Source: Patescibacteria group bacterium (GTDB lineage: Bacteria > Patescibacteriota > Minisyncoccia > UBA6257 > 02-FULL-45-10c). From it: a DNA stretch of 35,300 nucleotides. The DNA is taken from NCBI GenBank assembly GCA_023474975.1, contig JAMCXE010000003.1:1-35300 (forward strand), in the 5' to 3' direction. This document shows, one piece after another, positions 16,619-24,988 of this stretch. The stretch's first letter is position 1; the number at the start of each line of letters is the position of its first letter. The translations under genes and the position numbers were made by a program. The notes under the pieces are model-generated. The model had not been told where the DNA came from. It made no database searches and saw only the letters and a program-made list of their open reading frames with translations.

Positions 16619-17779
16619 CTAAAGGCTGAGCGAGTAAACTTTGTTATCGTAACGATTTACAAATAAAAGGCTGTTATCTTTTATTTTTAGATCATAGGCA
16701 TCAAGCGGGACGTCATTTCCGTCAAATATTTTCGTGATTTTCCCAGTCGGCAGATTCATTTCAAAAATATCATCAACGAAGTAGTCGTTTTTACTATAGT
16801 AATCATCGGGAAGAGCTATCCCCGATCGAATATTCTTAGGAATGCCGCAATATATTATTTGAGAGTTGGAGCTGAATACGCATTTTTCCGGAACGGTTAC
16901 AAATGGAAGGCTGACAAGATTATTGCATAGGTCGTCTACAATGCTTAACTTTGGCATCCTTTCGGCGGAAATCAGTTTTATTCCCAGGTCACCCTTATCC
17001 GCCCATTTTATATCCGTTCCATAATCTCCGCTTGTGAGCATTTTTAGTGTTTTGGTAGCGGTATCGAATGAATAAACATATCCGCTTATATCAATTGCTG
17101 GATCGCTATAAAATAAGATCTTCTGATCGGTTATCCAGTTTAAATTAAGTCCGGCCTGGCTCATATTTTGTAATTGGCTTGTTTTTTGCGTGGTCAGATC
17201 TAGGACGTTAAGAGCTTTTTCGTTGGTATAAGCAACTTTTTTGGAGTCTGGAGAAATGGTAGCCGATATTGTGCTTACCGGAAGGGGCTGCCAGCTGGTG
17301 GAGCTGGCTGAAAAAATACTGAAAGTTGGAAGCTGAGGATAATTAAATTCGGCTATTGCCAGCGAGCCGTCTTTTGACGGGATTATAGAATGCAGATTAG
17401 TAATAGTTTGGGGGCTAACAAGCTGCCTAGTATTGTCGTTATTTATTTTTATAATTTGTCCTGCTAAATTAGCGAAGTAAACACTGCCGTCTTTTGAATT
17501 AAGCCAATATTCGGAAACCGGTGTATCAATAAATATGGAAAGCTTTTGAGTGACCGTTTGAGGGGTTTGGGTTGTCGTTTGCTCGGATGTGTTTATCGGG
17601 GCTCCAATTGCGCCGCCTTCGCCTACATTCGTTACTTCGGTGGTAGGCACCCCTCCTGTTCCGGTTAGATTACCGGTATTTCTTGAATTTAACCACTTCC
17701 AAAGGAAATAAGCGCCAATTATGATCGCGATGACTATTAATACTATAGCTATTATTTTTAATATGCGTTTGTAGTCCAT
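16619..17779 (-). CDS. Membrane-anchored protein with TolB-like (PD40/beta-propeller-like) repeats; last gene of the T4SS-like cluster
   Basis: 386 aa with N-terminal TM helix IIAIVLIVIAIIIGAYFLW. Repeated motifs SKDGSVYF, SKDGSLAIAEF and SPDSKKVAYTNE are typical of PD40-type propeller blades. Confidence 0.55.
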   Translation of the reverse strand: MDYKRILKIIAIVLIVIAIIIGAYFLWKWLNSRNTGNLTGTGGVPTTEVTNVGEGGAIGAPINTSEQTTTQTPQTVTQKLSIFIDTPVSEYWLNSKDGSVYFANLAGQIIKINNDNTRQLVSPQTITNLHSIIPSKDGSLAIAEFNYPQLPTFSIFSASSTSWQPLPVSTISATISPDSKKVAYTNEKALNVLDLTTQKTSQLQNMSQAGLNLNWITDQKILFYSDPAIDISGYVYSFDTATKTLKMLTSGDYGTDIKWADKGDLGIKLISAERMPKLSIVDDLCNNLVSLPFVTVPEKCVFSSNSQIIYCGIPKNIRSGIALPDDYYSKNDYFVDDIFEMNLPTGKITKIFDGNDVPLDAYDLKIKDNSLLFVNRYDNKVYSLSL

Positions 17780-17795
17780 TTGGTTATCTTATTAA

Positions 17796-19142
17796 TTAAG
17801 GAAGGCAGTTTCCGTCCGGTCCCGTATATCCGCTTGCGCAATATTTCGGGGGAACGACCGGTGTTGGAACAACGCATTTTCCCGCAGAATCCTTTCGATA
17901 TCCAGATTCGCAATTATTACAGGTGGTATTTGTGTCGTGTGCATAGCCAGTGGGGCATGGAGTTAGAACTAAATTTGAGGCATTGCATGTACCATCAGGC
18001 TGTCTTACGAGATTGGTTTTACAAACACAGGCTCCGTTAACTAGGTCGTTTCCGTCCGCGCATTTTGTGCAGACCATTTCGCTGGAATTAGAAGACGATA
18101 AACTAGAAACTTGTTGTCCATTATTAGTTGTATTTAAACTAAACATTCCGCCAGTGGTACCGTATACTAAGCACCCAGGTGATCCAGATCCAGAAGTTTC
18201 CGATACTGAATTATTGCTTCCACTAGTAGAACACCCATTTTTTGTGGTTGCGTCTAATTTACAATTTGGTCCACACGGCTGGGATATATTTGAATAATCA
18301 GGGGTTATTTGAGAGCAGTCGGTTACTTGAGTGGCTGGAGGCAAGAAAGAATCTAGATCGATCGGCTCCAGGCCGGGGTTTTTTAAATTAACTAAATTCG
18401 GATTTATTGTGTAAAGAATTAAATAGGCTCCGAGGAGAAGAAGTATTCCGTATATGGCATTCAACATCCACGTCTTACCCTCTTCTTTGGAAGCCATATT
18501 TCCGGCAGACAGGGTGTACAAAGCAGCTCCATATATTACCGCACCTAAAGCCACGAATCCGACGATCATCAGGCCGAATTGATAAAGTCTGGCAATATAT
18601 CCCGCCGGGTTATCAGGGGTTGGACACTGGCCGTTTATTCCAAGAGCGTTGGGATTGCATGGAATAGTAACTTTAAGTTCATACGGTTTTATTGTTGCGC
18701 TAAGATTGGCGTCTTGAGGCATTACGTTTTGAGGTATTGAAGCCATGACACACCTCCATCCAGTACCTGAACCAACAGGACAATCTGTTACCGTGTAAGT
18801 ACAAACTGTACCGCTTGGGCATGGTATTACGGTTTTGTCGCAGAGAGCATTTTTTCCACTAATTGCAGTTCCAACTGATGCGCAATCACCATTAGACTTA
18901 TAAGTTGTTGGTCCGCTTGGTGATGGAGCAATATTTTCCCCAATAGTTCCTTTTGCAACGCATATACCCGGTTCCGGCGTGATATGCCATTCGCAATTTG
19001 TATTTGGTGCCGTGCAACTACTGGAGTCTAGTTTCGAACAATCAATTGATGTTTGTGCAAAACTCACCGGAATTGAATTAAAGACAAATAAAAATCCCAT
19101 CAATGAAACTGCAAATATTTTTTTAAAATAGTTTAAATTCAT
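17796..19142 (-). CDS. Cys-rich secreted/membrane protein containing a VirB2/TrbC-like (T4SS pilin-like) TM hairpin
   Basis: 448 aa with a signal peptide (..IPVSFAQT). The central hairpin is YQFGLMIVGFVALGAVIYGAALYTLSAGNMASKEEGKTWMLNAIYGILLLLGAYLILYTINP. About 28 Cys residues all lie outside the hairpin. The C-terminal motif C-x2-GY-x(6-8)-C occurs three times. Confidence 0.55.
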   Translation of the reverse strand: MNLNYFKKIFAVSLMGFLFVFNSIPVSFAQTSIDCSKLDSSSCTAPNTNCEWHITPEPGICVAKGTIGENIAPSPSGPTTYKSNGDCASVGTAISGKNALCDKTVIPCPSGTVCTYTVTDCPVGSGTGWRCVMASIPQNVMPQDANLSATIKPYELKVTIPCNPNALGINGQCPTPDNPAGYIARLYQFGLMIVGFVALGAVIYGAALYTLSAGNMASKEEGKTWMLNAIYGILLLLGAYLILYTINPNLVNLKNPGLEPIDLDSFLPPATQVTDCSQITPDYSNISQPCGPNCKLDATTKNGCSTSGSNNSVSETSGSGSPGCLVYGTTGGMFSLNTTNNGQQVSSLSSSNSSEMVCTKCADGNDLVNGACVCKTNLVRQPDGTCNASNLVLTPCPTGYAHDTNTTCNNCESGYRKDSAGKCVVPTPVVPPKYCASGYTGPDGNCLP

Positions 19143-19256
19143 TTTTTATTTTTTGTTGTTGTGAGGGATTTGCGATGTGACAACTTGTTAGTGAGATCGT
19201 TTTGGCGGCGCTCGTAATGACGGGTATTTGTAATTTAGTAATTAGTTATTGGCTGA

Positions 19257-20009
19257 TTACTTTATATCTAAATTGACATAATTTCTTGCGAATTCATAGT
19301 AGCTAGCCGGATTTTGAATGGTGATATTTATGCCCGTATTGGCGCCGACCGCAGGATTTCCTTGCGTAGTGGTCGTTAAATTAAGGATGGATGGGTTTCC
19401 AGATTGGCCAGAAACATCGGAGCCGTCAACGTTCCAAGAAATATTAAGCTGGCTTGGATCAGAAACATTGAAGAAATAAGGTATGGCCTGAAGTGGATTG
19501 GTGCCGACCTTAATAGTTCTGGCTGGATAGGGCGCATTTATAACAGCCTTTGCTTGCGTAGTTGGAATTGTAGTTAGCCCCTCTAAATCACCCATTGGAT
19601 ATTTGGCGTCTTTATATTTGGGGATGCTGATGCTTATCTGAGGGTTTACTTGATTGACGGTAAACTTTACAGATTTTAATCCTACCCCCGATTGCAAAAG
19701 ATTGTCGCCTAAATACCAAAGTATGTTTTGCTCGGAAAGATCTACAAATTTGCCCTGATCAAGGCAATCGAAGCTTACTTCTACCGAAGAGCCGATCGTA
19801 GGCATAACTTTCCCCGGGTAATTTGCTGGTACATAATTGGTCGCGCGCCAGGAAATCAAAAAATCAAAGTTGGGATTGATGGGTGTGGTAGTAATAGAAG
19901 GGATGTTTGGGGCAACTTGAGCATTTGCGGATGACCCGATAAGCATTCCTAAAATAGCTAAATACGCTAAGGAAGATGCGTTTTTTTTGATTAGATCGAT
20001 CAGCTTCAT
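19257..20009 (-). CDS. Secreted hypothetical protein (signal peptide, beta-rich)
   Basis: 250 aa. The N-terminal region AYLAILGMLIGSSANAQ looks like a signal peptide. I recognise no domain. Confidence 0.55.
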   Translation of the reverse strand: MKLIDLIKKNASSLAYLAILGMLIGSSANAQVAPNIPSITTTPINPNFDFLISWRATNYVPANYPGKVMPTIGSSVEVSFDCLDQGKFVDLSEQNILWYLGDNLLQSGVGLKSVKFTVNQVNPQISISIPKYKDAKYPMGDLEGLTTIPTTQAKAVINAPYPARTIKVGTNPLQAIPYFFNVSDPSQLNISWNVDGSDVSGQSGNPSILNLTTTTQGNPAVGANTGINITIQNPASYYEFARNYVNLDIK

Positions 20010-20059
20010 AATACTTTTTAATTATACATCAAAACAATAAATCAAAACAATTTAAAGTA

Positions 20060-20521
20060 TTAAACTTTTCCAGTCACAGCAGAAGCCTTGTCCGCGGCCT
20101 TATTTATGACTTTGCCAACGGCGCCAGTTTTTTTCAGTATACTCTCCGCTTTCTTCATACCAAACCAGTCTATGTAAACAACTATTCCCCATCCAATAGT
20201 GGATGGTATGAGCGCGCCGATATATGGCATTGCCGTTATTACCCCTACTACTAAACTGGTCAGCCAGATCTCTTTCCCCATTTTTTTTATGACAATAAAA
20301 TAGAATTCGCTGATCGATGTGCGAATCATGCTTATTATTCCAAAATCAGATAATCCAAACAGAAACAGGAAAAGCTCTAGGGTATCAGATATCAAGTAGA
20401 AAGGAGTTATGATAACTATTTCCCACATTGATAATTTTGGCTTGTATTCTTCCTGTTCATCTTCTTTTTTTGGAGCGGTCGCGCGCTTGTTTGGCCGTAT
20501 TATAGGATTTTGTTCGGGCAT
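20060..20521 (-). CDS. Hypothetical integral membrane protein (3-4 TM)
   Basis: 153 aa with a charged N-terminus followed by hydrophobic helices. Starts 12 nt downstream of the VirB4-like gene. Confidence 0.55.
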   Translation of the reverse strand: MPEQNPIIRPNKRATAPKKEDEQEEYKPKLSMWEIVIITPFYLISDTLELFLFLFGLSDFGIISMIRTSISEFYFIVIKKMGKEIWLTSLVVGVITAMPYIGALIPSTIGWGIVVYIDWFGMKKAESILKKTGAVGKVINKAADKASAVTGKV

Positions 20522-20533
20522 GTTTTGATTTAA

Positions 20534-22249
20534 TTAAGCATTTTGCTGTTGGAGAATTTGCTCTGGTTTTGTAGTAACAATTTTATCTTCAAGATAAGAC
20601 GCTATTATTTTAATGGCAACATGATTAAGTCCGGCAAAGAAAAGTCCCTCACCTACCGCAGCTTCAAGCAGAAGATTTTTTTCGCCCTCTGTAAGTCCAA
20701 AAGATTTTATAATGAGATCTATCATTGTTGGCGACTGTTTCAATAAAAGCTGCAAAGAGGAATTGGTGATGATCGGGCGGCCATAGGGAGATTTAAGGAA
20801 GTCTTCCACGTCTTGTGTGATCGTGGTGACTCCAAGATAATATTTTCTGCATCTCTTTACTAAGCCAAACATAAAAGAGGCTCCGTCTTCGTATTTCATA
20901 AGCACCCACGCCTCATCTACTATCAGTACTCTTTTTTTGAGCTCTGCTCTAATCAAGCTCCAGATGAAATTCAAGACGATATACATAGCGATCGGCCTAA
21001 GCTCTTCTTCCAGGTCACGGATAGAAAAAACTATTAATCGATTTTTTATATCAACATTGGTTGGCTGATTGGTGAAACCGGCGTAGCTGCCTTGAGTATA
21101 TTTATAAAGGCGCTGCGCCATTGTTTTTCCTCCCTCCATGTTTTCCAAAATTTTTTGAAGATCTTCTAGAAGCGGCGGAATCGCTTTGCTAAAATCTTTA
21201 CCCGGAGCGATATCATGAGAGGCGTAGGTTTCGGAAATGGCTCTATCTAAAAGAGCATCTTCTTCTGGGGTAAGCTGGCCCATCATTAATTTTAACAATC
21301 CGGCAATATTAACAATGTGTGAACGCAAAACATCACTTGGATCTTCGTCTTTGGGTATGATCGGAAGGTCGAAGGGATTGATGTGGTGCTGGGAGGCCAG
21401 AGAGATCCTAAAATAACTTCCGCCAACGGAAGATGCCAGCGCTTCATATTCATTTTCCGGATCTATGATCAAGATATCAGTTCCCATCATAAGCAGACGC
21501 AATGCTTCGAGTTTGACTGCATAGCTTTTTCCGGCACCCGCTTTAGCAAAAACAACCATATTGGCATTCTCTAAAGAAAATCTATCAAAAACTATCATCG
21601 AATTATTACTTTCATTGATCCCATAAAGTATTCCGTTGTCGGAGGTAAGATCCGCTGAAGTGAATGGGAAGAATGATGATAGCGGTCCGGAATTGAGAGG
21701 ATTGTAAATTAATAAGCGATCTTGACCGAGCGGAATGGACGAGCTAAATCCTTCAGTTTGTTGAAATAATGCTGGTTTTATATAGACTAGTCGGCTTTCG
21801 AGCAGATTGGTTATTCTCCCTTCTAATTTGTTTAGTTGCTCTATCGTTTCAGCATAAATGGTGATATAGACGCTTACATTAAAAAGCTGTTCGCGCGCTT
21901 GTTGAAGCGAATCTCTTAGTCCCTCAATATCTTGAAATGCGGTTTCAAGCATTGGGTCTCTTACCACGCCCTTTTCTTGTTTTTCATATATTTGAGATTC
22001 GACCTGAGCCGCTTTCTTTCTAAGTTGTTTTAACGCTAGGTTTGTTTCTATAGGATGAACGAAGATAGATATATCTATAAGATCGGGCATATCTATGATT
22101 TGAGAGAACCAGCCAGTGGAAAGAAATCGCGGGTAAGAAAATATAAAAAGAGTTTTGGCTAGCTTGTCGCCAATTTTTATGAAATTTGAATTCACTTCCA
22201 CTGCCGCCGGGGCAATTATGTCTATTATATTTTTTGCTGTATCAGCCAT
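20534..22249 (-). CDS. virB4: VirB4/TrbE/CagE-like type IV secretion ATPase (short form)
   Basis: 571 aa. Walker A FAKAGAGKSYAVK, Walker B RVLIVDEAWVLM, and downstream GVTTITQD. The overall architecture is VirB4/AAA_10-like. Confidence 0.85.
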   Translation of the reverse strand: MADTAKNIIDIIAPAAVEVNSNFIKIGDKLAKTLFIFSYPRFLSTGWFSQIIDMPDLIDISIFVHPIETNLALKQLRKKAAQVESQIYEKQEKGVVRDPMLETAFQDIEGLRDSLQQAREQLFNVSVYITIYAETIEQLNKLEGRITNLLESRLVYIKPALFQQTEGFSSSIPLGQDRLLIYNPLNSGPLSSFFPFTSADLTSDNGILYGINESNNSMIVFDRFSLENANMVVFAKAGAGKSYAVKLEALRLLMMGTDILIIDPENEYEALASSVGGSYFRISLASQHHINPFDLPIIPKDEDPSDVLRSHIVNIAGLLKLMMGQLTPEEDALLDRAISETYASHDIAPGKDFSKAIPPLLEDLQKILENMEGGKTMAQRLYKYTQGSYAGFTNQPTNVDIKNRLIVFSIRDLEEELRPIAMYIVLNFIWSLIRAELKKRVLIVDEAWVLMKYEDGASFMFGLVKRCRKYYLGVTTITQDVEDFLKSPYGRPIITNSSLQLLLKQSPTMIDLIIKSFGLTEGEKNLLLEAAVGEGLFFAGLNHVAIKIIASYLEDKIVTTKPEQILQQQNA

Positions 22250-22270
22250 AATATTTTTTTAAATTCATGT

Positions 22271-22972
22271 TTATTGAGCAACCTTTTTCTCTATTGTGCT
22301 GGGATTGTATAGGTTGTAGAAAAGCTCGGAAAGTTCTTCGTCGTTTAATGGCACAACTCTGAGCCCGATCTGATTTAAGCCGTCGACGACCTCGCCGACC
22401 CTTTGATCGAGTTGTTCAAGATATTCTTTCTCCGTTTGTTTTTTTTCATCCCCCTCATTTTTTTTCTTTCCAAAGAGGCCGAATACGGCGCTCTTAAGGC
22501 CGGCGCCGGTATCTGAAACACGTATGGGATCTAGCGGGACAACCACAAAAAAGTTTTTGGACATTATTGCATTTTGAGAAACAAAGGATTTTATAAATTC
22601 CCTGTATTCAAATATTTGATTCTTCAAAAGCTCGTTGGTCTCTTGATTTTCTCTTTCCTCTACTTTTCTTAAATAATTGTCGATATTTATTTTTCTTGAA
22701 TGTATAAAAATTTGAAGAGTGAAATCAACGGAATTCAAAAAACCTTGAAAGGCGGAGGTTATCATTTCCTGCTCTTCGGCCGATTTGAGATCGAAGTTTA
22801 TTCCCGAAACAATGAGTATCCTCCTATATGCCCCACCCCTTAGCTTTATTACGCCGTTATTAATAGAATCGATATTAACGAATTGTTGTGTAGCGAAAGA
22901 CGGTTCTTTTGATTCTTGTATGTTAGGCATATGTTTAAGTATACAATTGTTTAATTCTTTATTTATAATCAA
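22271..22972 (-). CDS. Hypothetical soluble protein resembling a VirB4 N-terminal module
   Basis: 233 aa. The pattern FVNIDSINNGVIKLRGGAYRRILIVSGINFDLKSAEEQEMITSAFQGFLNSVDFTLQIFIHS parallels the N-terminus of the adjacent ATPase. The track start is TTG 22972; ATG at 22930 is an alternative. Confidence 0.5.
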   Translation of the reverse strand: MIINKELNNCILKHMPNIQESKEPSFATQQFVNIDSINNGVIKLRGGAYRRILIVSGINFDLKSAEEQEMITSAFQGFLNSVDFTLQIFIHSRKINIDNYLRKVEERENQETNELLKNQIFEYREFIKSFVSQNAIMSKNFFVVVPLDPIRVSDTGAGLKSAVFGLFGKKKNEGDEKKQTEKEYLEQLDQRVGEVVDGLNQIGLRVVPLNDEELSELFYNLYNPSTIEKKVAQ

Positions 22973-23471
22973 CTCTTCGGGCCATCTCTTTCTCTCCGGT
23001 TATTTTTCTGAAAACCTCGTATTTTTCCTGATGCGATCTGAATTGATCAAAAATAGCCGGCTGAGTCGTTTTTTCTCTAGCTGGTATGGGGGTTTTTGAA
23101 GTAAGAAGTTTTTGCCATATATCGTTCAATGGATTTGCGCCTTCTTTTATCTGTGCGGGCTCTTTCGTTTTTTCTATTTTTTGGCCGGGGGCGGCAGTTT
23201 TTTTCCAAAGATAAAATTTAGGCTTCCAGAAATAACCAATAGCTGCGCTAACTATTTTAGGCAGTGGAATGCCGTTTATTTTTATGAAGGCCAAAGATAT
23301 TGTAGCTGTATTTATCAGCACTATCGAAAAGGCCCAAAGCCACAAATTAAAGAAGAAGAATAAGAAAAAAGAAAGGCCGGCGCCGATCGTGATGTAGACG
23401 AATTGCTTAAGGGTTAGCGGCCCGATTATCTTGTCTTCTGTGTCTATAAATTGAGGGACTTGAAACTGCAT
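22959..23471 (-). CDS. PrgI/TcpE-family (VirB3-like) membrane protein
   Basis: MQFQVPQFIDTEDKIIGPLTLKQFVYITIGAGLSFFLFFFF.. followed by a second TM helix, which is the characteristic PrgI-family N-terminus. I prefer ATG 23471 over the track's TTG 23483. Confidence 0.6.
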   Translation of the reverse strand: MQFQVPQFIDTEDKIIGPLTLKQFVYITIGAGLSFFLFFFFNLWLWAFSIVLINTATISLAFIKINGIPLPKIVSAAIGYFWKPKFYLWKKTAAPGQKIEKTKEPAQIKEGANPLNDIWQKLLTSKTPIPAREKTTQPAIFDQFRSHQEKYEVFRKITGEKEMARRVDYK

Positions 23472-23507
23472 ATGTTTGACCAACGACTAACAACTGACGA
23501 CTTACGA

Positions 23508-23864
23508 CTAATGAGTTAATAATTTTTTCTTAAAACCACCCAATTGACTAGAGATACTTGATAACTTTACAAAAAGTATATCAAACTCTGCTTTGGTTAT
23601 AAAACCACTATCTTTTAATATATCTGGCGCGGCTAGTGTTTCACTAACGGAGCCTAGTGCTATTTCTATATATCTGTTGAGTTCCTTGTCAGATGTTTTA
23701 CCACTACCCTCGGCGATATTCAGAACAATTGAAAGAGCTGACCGTATTAATTGACTACCTATCTCGTATCTATATTCTTTTGGTGTTTTTTAACTATGTA
23801 TAATTGCTAGCACTTCTTTAGAATCTGTATAAGCTTTCCATTTCAAAAATCTGATTTTTTCCAT
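23508..23864 (-). pseudogene. Four-helix-bundle protein (23S rRNA intervening-sequence protein family) interrupted by an in-frame TAA
   Basis: My translation reads MEKIRFLKWKAYTDSKEVLAIIHS*KTPKEYRYEIGSQLIRSALSIVLNIAEGSGKTSDKELNRYIEIALGSVSETLAAPDILKDSGFITKAEFDILFVKLSSISSQLGGFKKKLLTH. The NIAEGSG..S.KE...Y..IALGS signature is present. The TAA is codon 25 (23790-23792), in the same frame on both sides. Confidence 0.6.
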
Positions 23865-23871
23865 TTTGTCG

Positions 23872-24966
23872 TTAGTTGTTGGTTGTAGGTTGTTTGTTGC
23901 TTCTAAGATCAATCGTATTTCCGTTGAGTTTGGTAAACGTGGATAAATTGATGTAGTCTTCTTTTTTGGGTTCTGGTTTTTGGGGCGCTCCAGATGGGGT
24001 CAGCGGAGTTTTGAAATTGCTGTAATGGACGGTTCTTATTGGCTCGGATTTAGCTGTTTGAGTTGATTCGCTTGGTTTGAGCTCGGAGATCGGTTTTTCA
24101 AATATTTGTGATGGCGGTATTGCTGGATTGGGTGTAACTTTTTCGCTATTGGGTTGAGCGGGTGCAATCGGTTGCCGAGCTTCGATCACGGGTTTGGGAT
24201 TGATAAAAACGGGCATGCTGAATTTTTTTGCGCCCTCTTTTTGCTCGGTTTCTATTTTAATGGATACCGGTTTAACAACATTTGGTTTATTTATGAGCGA
24301 GGGTTCTACTTTTAGGTTCAATGATATTGATTCTTTAGTGATTTGAGGGATCGTGGGTTTTACCGGCTCTGTTTTTGTTTGAATGATAAATGGGGTTTCG
24401 GCAATTGGCGCAGTCGGTTGTGCGGATTTTATTGGTTGTGGATTTATAGATGCGACTCCTGCGCCCATGGTGGGAATTTTTGGTGCGATCGGAGTGGCCG
24501 GCTGAGTCGGCATTGAAGACAGCGGCTTAGCTCCTGAAAATTCCGGATGAATATCGTTTGCTGTCGGGGCGTTGTTTTTTTCAAGATTTACGATTTTGGG
24601 CAATACCTCTTCTTGCGGTTCCTCGGCAATTTTTGGCGGATTATAAATTTTAGCCAGATCGTCTTTAAGGTTGTTAAATAACTTTTGTTTAAGCTCTATC
24701 TCAATGAAATTGGCTTTTTGCATATCAATATCGAAATATTGGTGCAGCTCCGAAGCGATCTCCTCCGGCTTTGTATAGCCCAAAAAAACTTCACCTACCA
24801 GCAAAGCAACATCTTTTACTTTATCCTCGGAAATACTGTAGTCTCGGCAAACACTAGAAATGAGCTGGACGTTTTTGTCGGCCAGCATTTCTTTTTTTAA
24901 TTTTTCTGGAAGCGCTTCAAACCTTTTTTGCGCTTCTTGTTTTTCGGATTCGTAGTTGTTCGTCAT
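23872..24966 (-). CDS. Hypothetical protein with a folded N-terminal domain (about 110 aa) and a long Pro-rich low-complexity tail
   Basis: 364 aa with no TM segment. The tail is rich in P, T, K and I repeats (PKIAEEPQEE.. PTQPATPIAPKIPT.. PVKPTIPQ..). Confidence 0.55.
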   Translation of the reverse strand: MTNNYESEKQEAQKRFEALPEKLKKEMLADKNVQLISSVCRDYSISEDKVKDVALLVGEVFLGYTKPEEIASELHQYFDIDMQKANFIEIELKQKLFNNLKDDLAKIYNPPKIAEEPQEEVLPKIVNLEKNNAPTANDIHPEFSGAKPLSSMPTQPATPIAPKIPTMGAGVASINPQPIKSAQPTAPIAETPFIIQTKTEPVKPTIPQITKESISLNLKVEPSLINKPNVVKPVSIKIETEQKEGAKKFSMPVFINPKPVIEARQPIAPAQPNSEKVTPNPAIPPSQIFEKPISELKPSESTQTAKSEPIRTVHYSNFKTPLTPSGAPQKPEPKKEDYINLSTFTKLNGNTIDLRSNKQPTTNN

Positions 24967-24988
24967 TTGCTATTCCGCTAGTAATTAA

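Noticed and set aside
17780-18297. Plus-strand ORFs (86 and 115 aa) antisense to the Cys-rich pilin-like gene
   Set aside because: They are shadow frames of a long, signal-peptide-bearing minus-strand ORF that fits the operon structure.
23790-23792. In-frame TAA as evidence of stop-codon reassignment
   Set aside because: TAA terminates many well-supported genes in this window (for example rpmH), and all long ORFs close normally under the standard code. A nonsense mutation or a sequencing error is more likely.
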